Origin: a candidate division WOR-3 bacterium
GTDB taxonomy: Bacteria > Hydrothermota > Tepidihabitantia > Tepidihabitantales > Tepidihabitantaceae
Assembly (NCBI GenBank): GCA_965649205.1
Contig: CBFGJV010000035.1
Location: forward strand, 1-13,258
Reading direction: 5' to 3'
Length of the DNA: 13,258 nt
Positions 6,066 through 13,258 of this stretch are shown here, piece after piece. The notes beneath the pieces were generated by a model. It was given only the letters and a program-made list of their open reading frames with translations, made no database searches and was not told where the DNA came from. Positions within the stretch are counted from its first letter, which is position 1. Every line of letters begins with the position of its first letter. The position numbers were made by a program, and so were the translations under genes.

Positions 6066-7721
6066 ATGGAACGTATTACTACCTGTCCCTTCTGTCTAAA
6101 TGGTTGCACCTCGGCTGTGGTATTCGACGGATACCAATATCGGATGGAATATCCGTCTGCAGGTAAGGTGAATCGGGGACGATTGTGTCCGCGAGGCAAT
6201 AGTGCCAGTATTGTTTTGGACCATCCCCGTCGACTCTGCTATCCACTTCTGGATGGTAGGGAAACAGGATGGAATTTGGCTCTGGATACTTTGCGTACGT
6301 GGATTAAGTCTGTACGGCCGGAGGAGATAGCGGTGGTGCAGAGTCGGGGTCTGACTGAGACCGAGAGCAGGTCTCTGCGCAGTTTCGCTCTGACCTTGGG
6401 CACTCGTAATGTTGTTCGGGGTTACCTGGAACCGGACAACTGCTTCCGATACCAACTTGAGGGGACTCAACTCGCTACACTGGAGGATGTGCGTTCTGCC
6501 CGTTCCATACTTCTTATCGGCGATGTCTTTTCCACGTCGCCAGTCTTGTCAGGGCCGATTCTGGACGCACGCTACGGAGACCGGAAAAACCGTATGGTGG
6601 TTATGGATTCGCTTCAGACCCGGGAATCTGGGTTCGCCCATCATTTTATTCGTGTAAGACCCGGTACGGAGGCTTTTGCTTTGCTGGCTCTGGCGGGACT
6701 TGTGTCTAAGATTTCTGGCCTGGATGTTGACAGGTATGCTGAACTGGCGGGGACGACTCGCCGGGAACTGGAAACCGCGGTTAGCGTCTTGAGGGTACAC
6801 GACAAGGGCATAGTAGGGTGTGCCATGCACTTGGGACGAGTTAGGTTTCCTGTGTTGCTCAGTCTGGCGGCGCAACTGGTGGCTACTGGCTTGAAGATGC
6901 CTTTTTTGGGTTTTGCGGAGACGCGGGTGCCTGACGGATGGATGACATTTGCTGATTTCAGGACGGCCTGCCAAGAAGGCAGATTCAAACTGGTGTTGTG
7001 GTTTGGAGCTCTTTATCCTTACAGTTATCCAGAATTGCTGCCGGAATTAGGTAATGTGACGTACCGAGCGGCTACCTCCATCTTCAGGCCGGAGCAGAGT
7101 CTGCCTGGACTAGTACTGCCGGTGGTGTCTGAACTGGAAAAAGAGACCAGAGGAATTTCCTATTGGGGAGAGGTGGAACGGCATCCTCTGGCTTCTGCTC
7201 CTAGCGGGACCAAAATGCTCGAATGGATAATGGGAGAGCTTGGGAGAGCGGGCACAGGTAGGGGGGAGGGCTCTGACCCGGGAGTTGCTGCGGAAAAGAC
7301 GGGAGAGTTTTCGCTTGCTCGATTAGTTGTGCTGGGCAGTCAGTACGCAAGCCTGATAGCTGCCGCAGAATCGGAATTACTGCTTATAGGTGAGAAAAGA
7401 GCATTTGGTATAGGTACGTTCTACACTAGTGAAGACGAGTTGGTGGTAAATCCGACAGATGCAGGTCGTCTCAAACTGCATGAGGGTTGTCGAGTGCGGG
7501 TGCGTACTGCCAGTGCAGCTGCGGAGTTTCGGGTTCGACTGAGCGCACTGGCTCCATCTGGTGCGTTGGTAGTCGGGGTGAATGCACATCGGAATCGGGC
7601 TCTGTTTCCGCTTCATACAGACCAGGTCACCGGCGAGACAGAAATTCCTCCTGTGGCGGCAACGATGGAAAAGATTGATAGCTTTTCTCTTTTGCCTGTG
7701 GAAGTAGTGAGACCAGGTTAA
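6066..7721 (+). CDS. Molybdopterin-oxidoreductase-fold protein (FdhA/NuoG C-terminal-like), probably non-catalytic
   Basis: N-terminal [4Fe-4S] motif TTCPFCLNGC...VNRGRLCPRG...HPRRL.YPL; core ATLEDV..A..ILLIG, VRPGTE; C-terminal domain VNPTDAGRLKL.EG.RVRVRT. The Mo-ligand RxC/U-H motif is not visible. Confidence 0.8.
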   Translation: MERITTCPFCLNGCTSAVVFDGYQYRMEYPSAGKVNRGRLCPRGNSASIVLDHPRRLCYPLLDGRETGWNLALDTLRTWIKSVRPEEIAVVQSRGLTETESRSLRSFALTLGTRNVVRGYLEPDNCFRYQLEGTQLATLEDVRSARSILLIGDVFSTSPVLSGPILDARYGDRKNRMVVMDSLQTRESGFAHHFIRVRPGTEAFALLALAGLVSKISGLDVDRYAELAGTTRRELETAVSVLRVHDKGIVGCAMHLGRVRFPVLLSLAAQLVATGLKMPFLGFAETRVPDGWMTFADFRTACQEGRFKLVLWFGALYPYSYPELLPELGNVTYRAATSIFRPEQSLPGLVLPVVSELEKETRGISYWGEVERHPLASAPSGTKMLEWIMGELGRAGTGRGEGSDPGVAAEKTGEFSLARLVVLGSQYASLIAAAESELLLIGEKRAFGIGTFYTSEDELVVNPTDAGRLKLHEGCRVRVRTASAAAEFRVRLSALAPSGALVVGVNAHRNRALFPLHTDQVTGETEIPPVAATMEKIDSFSLLPVEVVRPG

Positions 7722-8185
7722 TGGCAAAAAGACTTGTACTTCGTCTAGATTACTGTATAGGCTGTCAGGCTTGTGAAGCAGCTTGTCGCAGCCGTTTCAA
7801 GGGCGAGGCGAGGATTCGCTACGCCGAGGTGAATGAAACAGTCCTGCTGCCGATGGGATGTAGACACTGCGAGCAGCCGCTCTGTGCAGTAGCGTGTCCC
7901 TTTGAAGTGATTGTAAAGACGCCGGAAGGGGTTGTGCGGCGGTCCAGTTTCCATTGTGTAGGGTGCCGTTCTTGCGCCTTGGCCTGTCCTTTTGGGGTTA
8001 TTGATACCAGGTTGTGGCGTTGTGTTTCGCAGAAGTGTAGCCTGTGTGAGGATAGAGCAGAGGGCCCTCGTTGCGTATCTAGCTGTCCTACAGGTGCGCT
8101 CATGTTTGTCGAAGAGAAGGAAATTCCCGAAATACAGCTGGGTATCGGAATCGCCGGCAGACACGGACACTGGAGGCGGCCATGA
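7721..8185 (+). CDS. 4x[4Fe-4S] electron-transfer subunit (HycB/HydN/CooF/DmsB family)
   Basis: CIGCQACEAAC, CRHCEQPLCAVACP, CVGCRSCALACPFG, KCSLC...PRCVSSCPTGAL; TAATG overlap with the upstream gene. Confidence 0.92.
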   Translation: MAKRLVLRLDYCIGCQACEAACRSRFKGEARIRYAEVNETVLLPMGCRHCEQPLCAVACPFEVIVKTPEGVVRRSSFHCVGCRSCALACPFGVIDTRLWRCVSQKCSLCEDRAEGPRCVSSCPTGALMFVEEKEIPEIQLGIGIAGRHGHWRRP

Positions 8186-9114
8186 GCGGGATGTGGAGCG
8201 GTTGGGGATTGGCTTTCCGGTTTCTGGTATTCCCCGGATTTCTGTTTAGCGTGATAGTGGGTTTATTGCTGACTTGGGTCGACAGGTTCGTTTCTGCTCG
8301 GGTGCAGTGGCGCAAAGGTCCTCCGGTGTATCAGCCGTTCGCTGATTTGTTCAAGTTGTTATTGAAGCAGACTGTGGTTCCCGCAGCTGCGGCGAAGAAT
8401 GTATTTCTTCTGGCGCCTTTGCTCGGATTGGCTGCAATGTGTATAACGTCAGTTTTGCTTTTCTACGTCAATTTCCGCCCGCATGGCTCTTTTGTGGGCG
8501 ACCTGATCGTGTTAGTATATTTGTTGGCACTTCCTCCTTTGGGGTTGATATTAGGTGCTTCAGCCAGTCGCAATCCTCTGGCGGCAGTGGGTGCTTCGCG
8601 GGAAATGACACTTTACTTTGGTTACGAGCTACCGTTTCTGCTTGCACTCGTAGTGCCTGTAGTCAAAACAGGGGGAGAAATCAGGTTAGGTGAGTTGGTG
8701 CTGGCACAGCAATCGTCAGGTCCTTTTCTCTATTCAATTTCCGGGTTCATAGCGGGCTTGATTGTTCTGGTGACGACTCAGGCCAAACTAGGATATGTTC
8801 CTTTCGATATGGCTGAGGCTGAGCAGGAAATCATGAGTGGCGTGTATTGTGAATACTCGGGTGCGGCTTTGGCGGTGCTGAAGCTCACCAAAGCGATGAT
8901 GTTTTTCCTTCTTCCCCTTTTCTTTGTGACTGTATTCTGGGGTGGATTCAGAGATTGGTGGGCGATTCCGAAGTTTCTGCTTATCGCCGTGCTTATCATA
9001 TTGGCTAAGAATACAAACCCGAGGTTGCGGGTAGATCAAGCACTACGTTTTTTCTGGTTTTTGCTTGGTGTTTTGGGTATACTTGCCGTCATACTGGCAT
9101 TCATGAGACTATGA
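8182..9114 (+). CDS. Membrane subunit, NuoH/HycD/MbhM family
   Basis: DRFVSARVQWRKGPP..QPFADLFKLLLK, GASRE, YELP, PFDMAEAEQEIMSG...EYSG, PRLRVDQ; many hydrophobic helices. Confidence 0.93.
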   Translation: MSGMWSGWGLAFRFLVFPGFLFSVIVGLLLTWVDRFVSARVQWRKGPPVYQPFADLFKLLLKQTVVPAAAAKNVFLLAPLLGLAAMCITSVLLFYVNFRPHGSFVGDLIVLVYLLALPPLGLILGASASRNPLAAVGASREMTLYFGYELPFLLALVVPVVKTGGEIRLGELVLAQQSSGPFLYSISGFIAGLIVLVTTQAKLGYVPFDMAEAEQEIMSGVYCEYSGAALAVLKLTKAMMFFLLPLFFVTVFWGGFRDWWAIPKFLLIAVLIILAKNTNPRLRVDQALRFFWFLLGVLGILAVILAFMRL

Positions 9115-9527
9115 GTAAATTAGGACTTTGGGGATTGAAAAAATCGCCGTGGGTATATCATGTGGCCGCGGCTTCGTGTAATAACTGTGATATTGAGATT
9201 CTGGAGCTTTTGACTCCACGATATGATGTGGAGCGTTTTGGTATTGTTCTGGTTGGTTCACCGCGGCACGCCGACGCGCTGCTGGTAACCGGCGTACTGA
9301 ACCGTAAGTCTCTACCTCGAGTTATGGAAGTATATGAGCAGGCGGCCAAGCCATGTCTGGTTATTGGAATCGGTACCTGTACCTGTAATAAGCACATCTT
9401 TCGTAACTCGTACAATGCGGTAGGTCCCTACGATAAGTATTTACCTGTGCACGCTTATATTCCTGGTTGTCCACCCAAGCCAGAAGCAATGATACTGGGC
9501 GTGGTGAAGGCGTTGAGCAAATTATGA
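9111..9527 (+). CDS. Group 4 [NiFe]-hydrogenase small subunit (NuoB/HycG/MbhJ family)
   Basis: SCNNCDIE, YDVERFG....SPRHAD.LLVTG, GTC, YIPGCPPKPE. The CxxC spacing is hydrogenase-type rather than the tandem CC of NuoB. Confidence 0.93.
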   Translation: MSKLGLWGLKKSPWVYHVAAASCNNCDIEILELLTPRYDVERFGIVLVGSPRHADALLVTGVLNRKSLPRVMEVYEQAAKPCLVIGIGTCTCNKHIFRNSYNAVGPYDKYLPVHAYIPGCPPKPEAMILGVVKALSKL

Positions 9528-9979
9528 AAAGAGAAGCTCTGGAAGGATTGAGAAAGCTCATACCGGAAGTGGAGTTATACGAGCACAATTCGCGACGGCT
9601 CTATCTGAGGATTCCGCGCGAAAAACTGACTCAGGCTTGTCGGTATTTGCATCAGGAGCGAGGCATGAGACTTTCCATCTGTACAGGCATTGATACTCGA
9701 GAAGGCTTTGAGGTTATTTATCATTTCTCAGAGGATTCTACGGGGACACTGTACAATCTGAAGGTGGTGGCGCCTAAGGATGACCCGCGACTGGATTCGC
9801 AGGCGAATTGGTTTCCGGCTACTAACTGGATAGAGCGGGAAATGCACGAACTGCTGGGAATTGATTTTGTGGGGCACCCTAATCTGGAGCCTTTGCTTAC
9901 TTCAGATACAGATTGGGATCCGACAAAGTATCCCCTGCGTCGTGATTTTGAACAACGGGCGGAAAAGCATGAGCGATAA
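9524..9979 (+). CDS. NuoC/MbhK-like subunit
   Basis: Start reassigned to ATG 9524 (ATGA overlap). Motifs RLSICTGID, FEVIYHF, WIEREMHELLGIDFVGHPNL, YPLRRD. Confidence 0.9.
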   Translation: MKREALEGLRKLIPEVELYEHNSRRLYLRIPREKLTQACRYLHQERGMRLSICTGIDTREGFEVIYHFSEDSTGTLYNLKVVAPKDDPRLDSQANWFPATNWIEREMHELLGIDFVGHPNLEPLLTSDTDWDPTKYPLRRDFEQRAEKHER

Positions 9980-11156
9980 TGTAAGACGCGTAGTTCCCAT
10001 AGGGCCTTATCACCCGTTACAGGAGGAACCGGAGTTCTTTAAGCTGATAGTTGAAGGCGAGCGAGTTGTGGACATGGAGATTCACCTGGGCTACAACCAT
10101 CGGGGACACGAATTTATCTCACCAGAACTGACTTACGACCAGATTCCGTTTCTGGTCGAGCGGATTTGTGGCATCTGTTCTAACTCCCATCCTCTGGCCT
10201 GTGTGCTGGCGGTAGAGGATTGTGCTGGTATCAAGCCTCCACCTAGGGGCGCGTACATCCGTACTATTGTTCATGAGTTGGAGCGCATTCATTCGCATCT
10301 GCTCTGGGTAGGTCTGGCCGGTCATTTCATAGGCTACAACACGGTTTGGATGTGGGCATGGCGTTATCGCGAGGAAGTTCTGCAGATATTTGAGATGATA
10401 ACCGGCAACCGTAATCACTATGCGGCTAATAAACCCGGGGGAGCTCGTCGAGACATTACGCCCGAGCAGATCCCGCAGATACTTGCGGCTCTAGACGTAG
10501 TCGAGAAAAAGACAACTATGCTGACAAAGGCGGTTTTGGATGATCCCGTAATCCGCGCCAGGCTCGAAGGTGTGGGGGTTCTTAGCCGGGAACAGGCTAT
10601 CGCATATTCGGTACTGGGACCTACGGCGCGGGCCTCCGGATATGATGTTGATGTCCGAAGAGACGATCCGCATGATGCCTATGCCGACATCCCGGTGAAT
10701 GTGGTGGTGTTTACAGAGGGTGACGTGTTAGCAAAGGCGAAAGTACGATTGCTGGAAATACAGGAATCTGTGCGGTTGGTGCGGGAATGCCTTGAGCGCC
10801 TTCCAGACGGACCCATTCAGACGCGCATTGAAGAAGTGCCCCCAGGTGAGGGTTGCGGTCGGACTGAGGCCCCCAGGGGTGAGGTATTTCACTACATAAG
10901 GTCAGACGGGACTAATCGTCCTCTTCGTCACAAGGTGAGAGCCCCAAGTTACATGAACATTGCATCAAATGTTGTGGCGGTGCGCGGTTGCTCTATTGCG
11001 GATGCGGCTTTGACGCTCGCAGCGGTTGACCCCTGTTATTGCTGTACAGAGCGGATGGCGGCCTTTGAGGATGGCAGACTCAAGTACAGCTGGCAAGACC
11101 TGTTGAGGCTTTCTTGGCAAAAGACGGAGCACATCCGGGAGAGAATGCGTAAATGA
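9969..11156 (+). CDS. Group 4 [NiFe]-hydrogenase large (catalytic) subunit
   Basis: Start reassigned to ATG 9969. IGPYHP..EEPE, GYNHRG.E, Ni motif L1 ERICGICSNSH (about 10161-10190), EAPRGE, RAPSY, and L2 DPCYCCTER (11028-11054) followed by a 33-aa tail. Confidence 0.95.
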   Translation: MSDNVRRVVPIGPYHPLQEEPEFFKLIVEGERVVDMEIHLGYNHRGHEFISPELTYDQIPFLVERICGICSNSHPLACVLAVEDCAGIKPPPRGAYIRTIVHELERIHSHLLWVGLAGHFIGYNTVWMWAWRYREEVLQIFEMITGNRNHYAANKPGGARRDITPEQIPQILAALDVVEKKTTMLTKAVLDDPVIRARLEGVGVLSREQAIAYSVLGPTARASGYDVDVRRDDPHDAYADIPVNVVVFTEGDVLAKAKVRLLEIQESVRLVRECLERLPDGPIQTRIEEVPPGEGCGRTEAPRGEVFHYIRSDGTNRPLRHKVRAPSYMNIASNVVAVRGCSIADAALTLAAVDPCYCCTERMAAFEDGRLKYSWQDLLRLSWQKTEHIRERMRK

Positions 11157-12574
11157 CGGAACTTGTTGCTGCTGCCATTCTGGGACCGATAGTTCTCGGC
11201 CTGTTTCTGCTCATAGCCCGGCGGGTTCCGGCGGGGTTGCGTAATTTTCTTGTGCTCATAGGAACAGTCGTAACGGGCGCTATTTTGCTAATTCTTTGGA
11301 CTATGTCGGGTAACACTCCGCAAAGCTTGTGGTATGTTCCTTTCTTGAAAATACAGACCGCGCCAATGTTTCTCGTAGATGGAGTGGGATTGTTGTTGTC
11401 TTTTGTCTTCAGTTTTATCTGGCTGCTGGTTGCCATTTATTCTTTCTACTATATGAGAGAGTACGATTTCCAGCACGACTATTACGCCTTCCTTCTTATT
11501 ATGTACGGCGCACTGGTCGGACTATGTCTGTCGCAGAATTTGATATTGATCTATGCGTTTTGGGAAATAGCCGGTGTGGCTACCTGGCGACTCGTTGCTT
11601 TCTATCGCGGAGAAAAGGAAATTAGAATTGCGCAGAAGACCATTCTTCTGACCTTTTCTGGTTCCGTACTGATGCTCGTAGGGTTTGCGATGGTATTCAT
11701 TGAGCAGTATACACTTGCCGTGAGCTATCTGCCCGGAGGCACTTGGAGCGTTCTCTCGGCGCTCTTAGTACTGGCGGGTATGCTAACAAAGTCTGCCAGC
11801 ATGCCTTTCTATGTCTGGTTGCCGGATGCACATACCGCGGCTCCTTCCCCCATGAGCGCTTTGCTTTCTGGAGTCGTAGCGAAGATAGGACTTATTGCCT
11901 ACTTGCGGGTTTTCGTGCAATCGCGTATGACCCTGCCCGACTGGTGGCCGCTCCTGTTGGCCGGTCTTGGGCTCGCGGGTTCTTTGGTTGCAGCCGGAAA
12001 TGCGCTCTGGGAGAAGGATTACAAGCGAATACTAGCTCTTTCTACAGTCAGCCAGCTGGGCTACATTGTTATTGCTTTTGCTTATGCCCCGGGGCTGGGA
12101 TTGACTGCGGCTATTCTATACCTGATTGCGCATAGTCTTGCCAAGTCAGGACTGTTTCTTGCGCTGGGCGCAGTAGAGCGAGCAACCCACAAGCGCAGCA
12201 TTGAGGAACTGGGTGGTTTGGCTCATACCATGCCGGTTACTGCAGCTTGTGCAGCCCTTCTTGTTCTGTCTGTGGTTGGGTTGCCTCCGTTACTTGGTTT
12301 TTGGGGTAAGTTGTATGTGGTAATTGCTGCGTTGAAAGGGAATCTGGTTATAGCGGTAGGTGCGATTGTGGCAGCCGCGATGACTGTCCTTTACTTGCTC
12401 AGGTTGTACAAGATTTTTGTCGGCGAACCGGTCGGACACATGGAGGGTCGTGAATATCCGGTAATGAGCGCGGTAGTGGTGATTCTGGCTATAGCTTCGG
12501 TGGCGTTGGGGTTGGCTTTTCCCTTCGTAAGCGAATTGCTAAGTCAGAGCATTGCGAGCAGTCTACAGTTATGA
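11153..12574 (+). CDS. Proton/cation antiporter-like membrane subunit (MrpD/HyfB/NuoL-M-N family)
   Basis: FWE, LTKSASMPFYVWLPDAHTAAPSPMSALLSG, KRILALSTVSQLGY, AHSLAKSGLFL, LGGL...MP, GLPPLLGFWGK; 473 aa, hydrophobic. Confidence 0.93.
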   Translation: MTELVAAAILGPIVLGLFLLIARRVPAGLRNFLVLIGTVVTGAILLILWTMSGNTPQSLWYVPFLKIQTAPMFLVDGVGLLLSFVFSFIWLLVAIYSFYYMREYDFQHDYYAFLLIMYGALVGLCLSQNLILIYAFWEIAGVATWRLVAFYRGEKEIRIAQKTILLTFSGSVLMLVGFAMVFIEQYTLAVSYLPGGTWSVLSALLVLAGMLTKSASMPFYVWLPDAHTAAPSPMSALLSGVVAKIGLIAYLRVFVQSRMTLPDWWPLLLAGLGLAGSLVAAGNALWEKDYKRILALSTVSQLGYIVIAFAYAPGLGLTAAILYLIAHSLAKSGLFLALGAVERATHKRSIEELGGLAHTMPVTAACAALLVLSVVGLPPLLGFWGKLYVVIAALKGNLVIAVGAIVAAAMTVLYLLRLYKIFVGEPVGHMEGREYPVMSAVVVILAIASVALGLAFPFVSELLSQSIASSLQL

Positions 12575-12615
12575 GGCGAATTTTCCTTTCAGAATTCTGG
12601 ACATGGTGTCTATGA
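12571..12615 (+). other. Possible 14-codon coupling mini-ORF (MRRIFLSEFWTWCL)
   Basis: Its ATG overlaps the upstream stop (ATGA 12571-12574) and its TGA overlaps an in-frame ATG of the next gene (ATGA 12612-12615). Confidence 0.3.
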
Positions 12616-13258
12616 TGCATCCTTTCTTTGTGCTGATGTTAATACCTCTCCTGGCTGGGTTAGCTGGTTATTTGGTCGGACGATTGCGGAATGAGTTCAG
12701 CTTCATAGGAGCAGTACTGAATCTGTATTTCGCTCTGCGTTTGTTCTTGCGTTCGCGACACGATACAGTTGTTCTCCCTTGGTTTGACACGGGCCTATTT
12801 CCGGTTTCGCTGCGGCTTGATTCTCTGTCTGGCTTTGTTCTGTTGTTTGTGGCGCTTTTTGGCGTACTGGTTGTGTTGTTTTCCTTCCGGTACATGAAAT
12901 CATGGAGTGGGGGTCGCGGCTATTATCTGTATCTGTTGCTGGCCCTTGCTTGTTCCAATGGTGTGCTTCTTGCTGCCAATCTGGTGACATTGTTGTTTTT
13001 CTGGGGTGTTCTGCTTGTGCTTCTGTACGGACTGCTCCTGGTAGGTAACGCCAAAAACGAGAAGGCGGCAGGTAAAGCTCTGGTTGTAGTCGGATTGTCT
13101 GATTTTGCTATGCTGCTGGGTATAGCGTTGCTCTTAATCACGAATGGCTGGATTGATCTTAGTCCTCGGGCGCCAATGGCTTTGAGTGAGCCAGCGACGA
13201 TTGCTGCTTTTGTGTTGATTGCGACAGGGACCCTGGCTAAGGCAGGTTCAGTTCCTCT
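12603..13258 (+). CDS. Second antiporter-like membrane subunit (MrpA/D, NuoL/M family); 3'-partial
   Basis: Not in the ORF track because it runs off the window. Reads MVSMMHPFFVLMLIPLLAG...LRLDSLSGF...FSFRYM...YYLYLL...AANLVTLLFFWG...AAGKALVVVGLSDFAMLLG...LAKAGSVP. Start could be 12603, 12612 or 12615. Confidence 0.9.
   Translation, partial: MVSMMHPFFVLMLIPLLAGLAGYLVGRLRNEFSFIGAVLNLYFALRLFLRSRHDTVVLPWFDTGLFPVSLRLDSLSGFVLLFVALFGVLVVLFSFRYMKSWSGGRGYYLYLLLALACSNGVLLAANLVTLLFFWGVLLVLLYGLLLVGNAKNEKAAGKALVVVGLSDFAMLLGIALLLITNGWIDLSPRAPMALSEPATIAAFVLIATGTLAKAGSVP

Noticed and set aside
6066..7721. Selenocysteine recoding in the FDH-like gene
   Set aside because: The frame has no internal TGA.
5084..9968. 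ORF-track starts at 5084, 9467 and 9861
   Set aside because: They create long overlaps with upstream genes; ATGs at 5204, 9524 and 9969 fit the family N-termini and the coupling pattern.
12590..12599. 10-bp palindrome CAGAATTCTG between the antiporter genes
   Set aside because: Too short for a stable hairpin, no U-tract, and expected by chance in a window of this size.
1013..13141. Many short alternative-frame and antisense ORFs inside thrS, the ribosomal protein genes and the hydrogenase operon (e.g. 4098..4631, 6549..6974, 7745..8170)
   Set aside because: They overlap well-supported genes and show no family motifs; typical shadow ORFs.
8182..13258. Annotation as NADH:quinone oxidoreductase (nuo) or Ni-less Mbx/Ehr
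   Set aside because: The large subunit keeps both CxxC Ni motifs and a maturation tail, the small subunit has CxxC, and nuoA/J/K/E/F are not seen.

Overview
Bacterial chromosomal window with three parts. (1) 1-1000: the 3' end of a protein with a type IX secretion (T9SS) C-terminal sorting domain and its terminator, then about 600 bp of unexplained DNA with a degenerate 12-nt period, then tRNA-Pro(GGG). (2) 1009-4014, minus strand: the thrS-infC-rpmI-rplT operon. infC appears to start at AUU, upstream of the ORF-track call, and thrS appears to be leaderless. (3) 4161 to beyond 13258, plus strand: a tightly coupled operon for a membrane-bound group 4 [NiFe]-hydrogenase (NuoH-, NuoB- and NuoC-like subunits, a large subunit with intact Ni ligands, and at least two Mrp/NuoLMN-type antiporter subunits). 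In front of these sits an unusual soluble module: sulfhydrogenase beta/gamma (AsrA/AsrB-like) subunits, a formate-dehydrogenase/NuoG-like protein lacking the catalytic motif, and a 4x[4Fe-4S] protein. This suggests an NAD(P)H-coupled, ion-translocating hydrogenase (inference). The gene content fits an anaerobe of the FCB group or a related lineage such as WOR-3 (inference only; no database search was possible).
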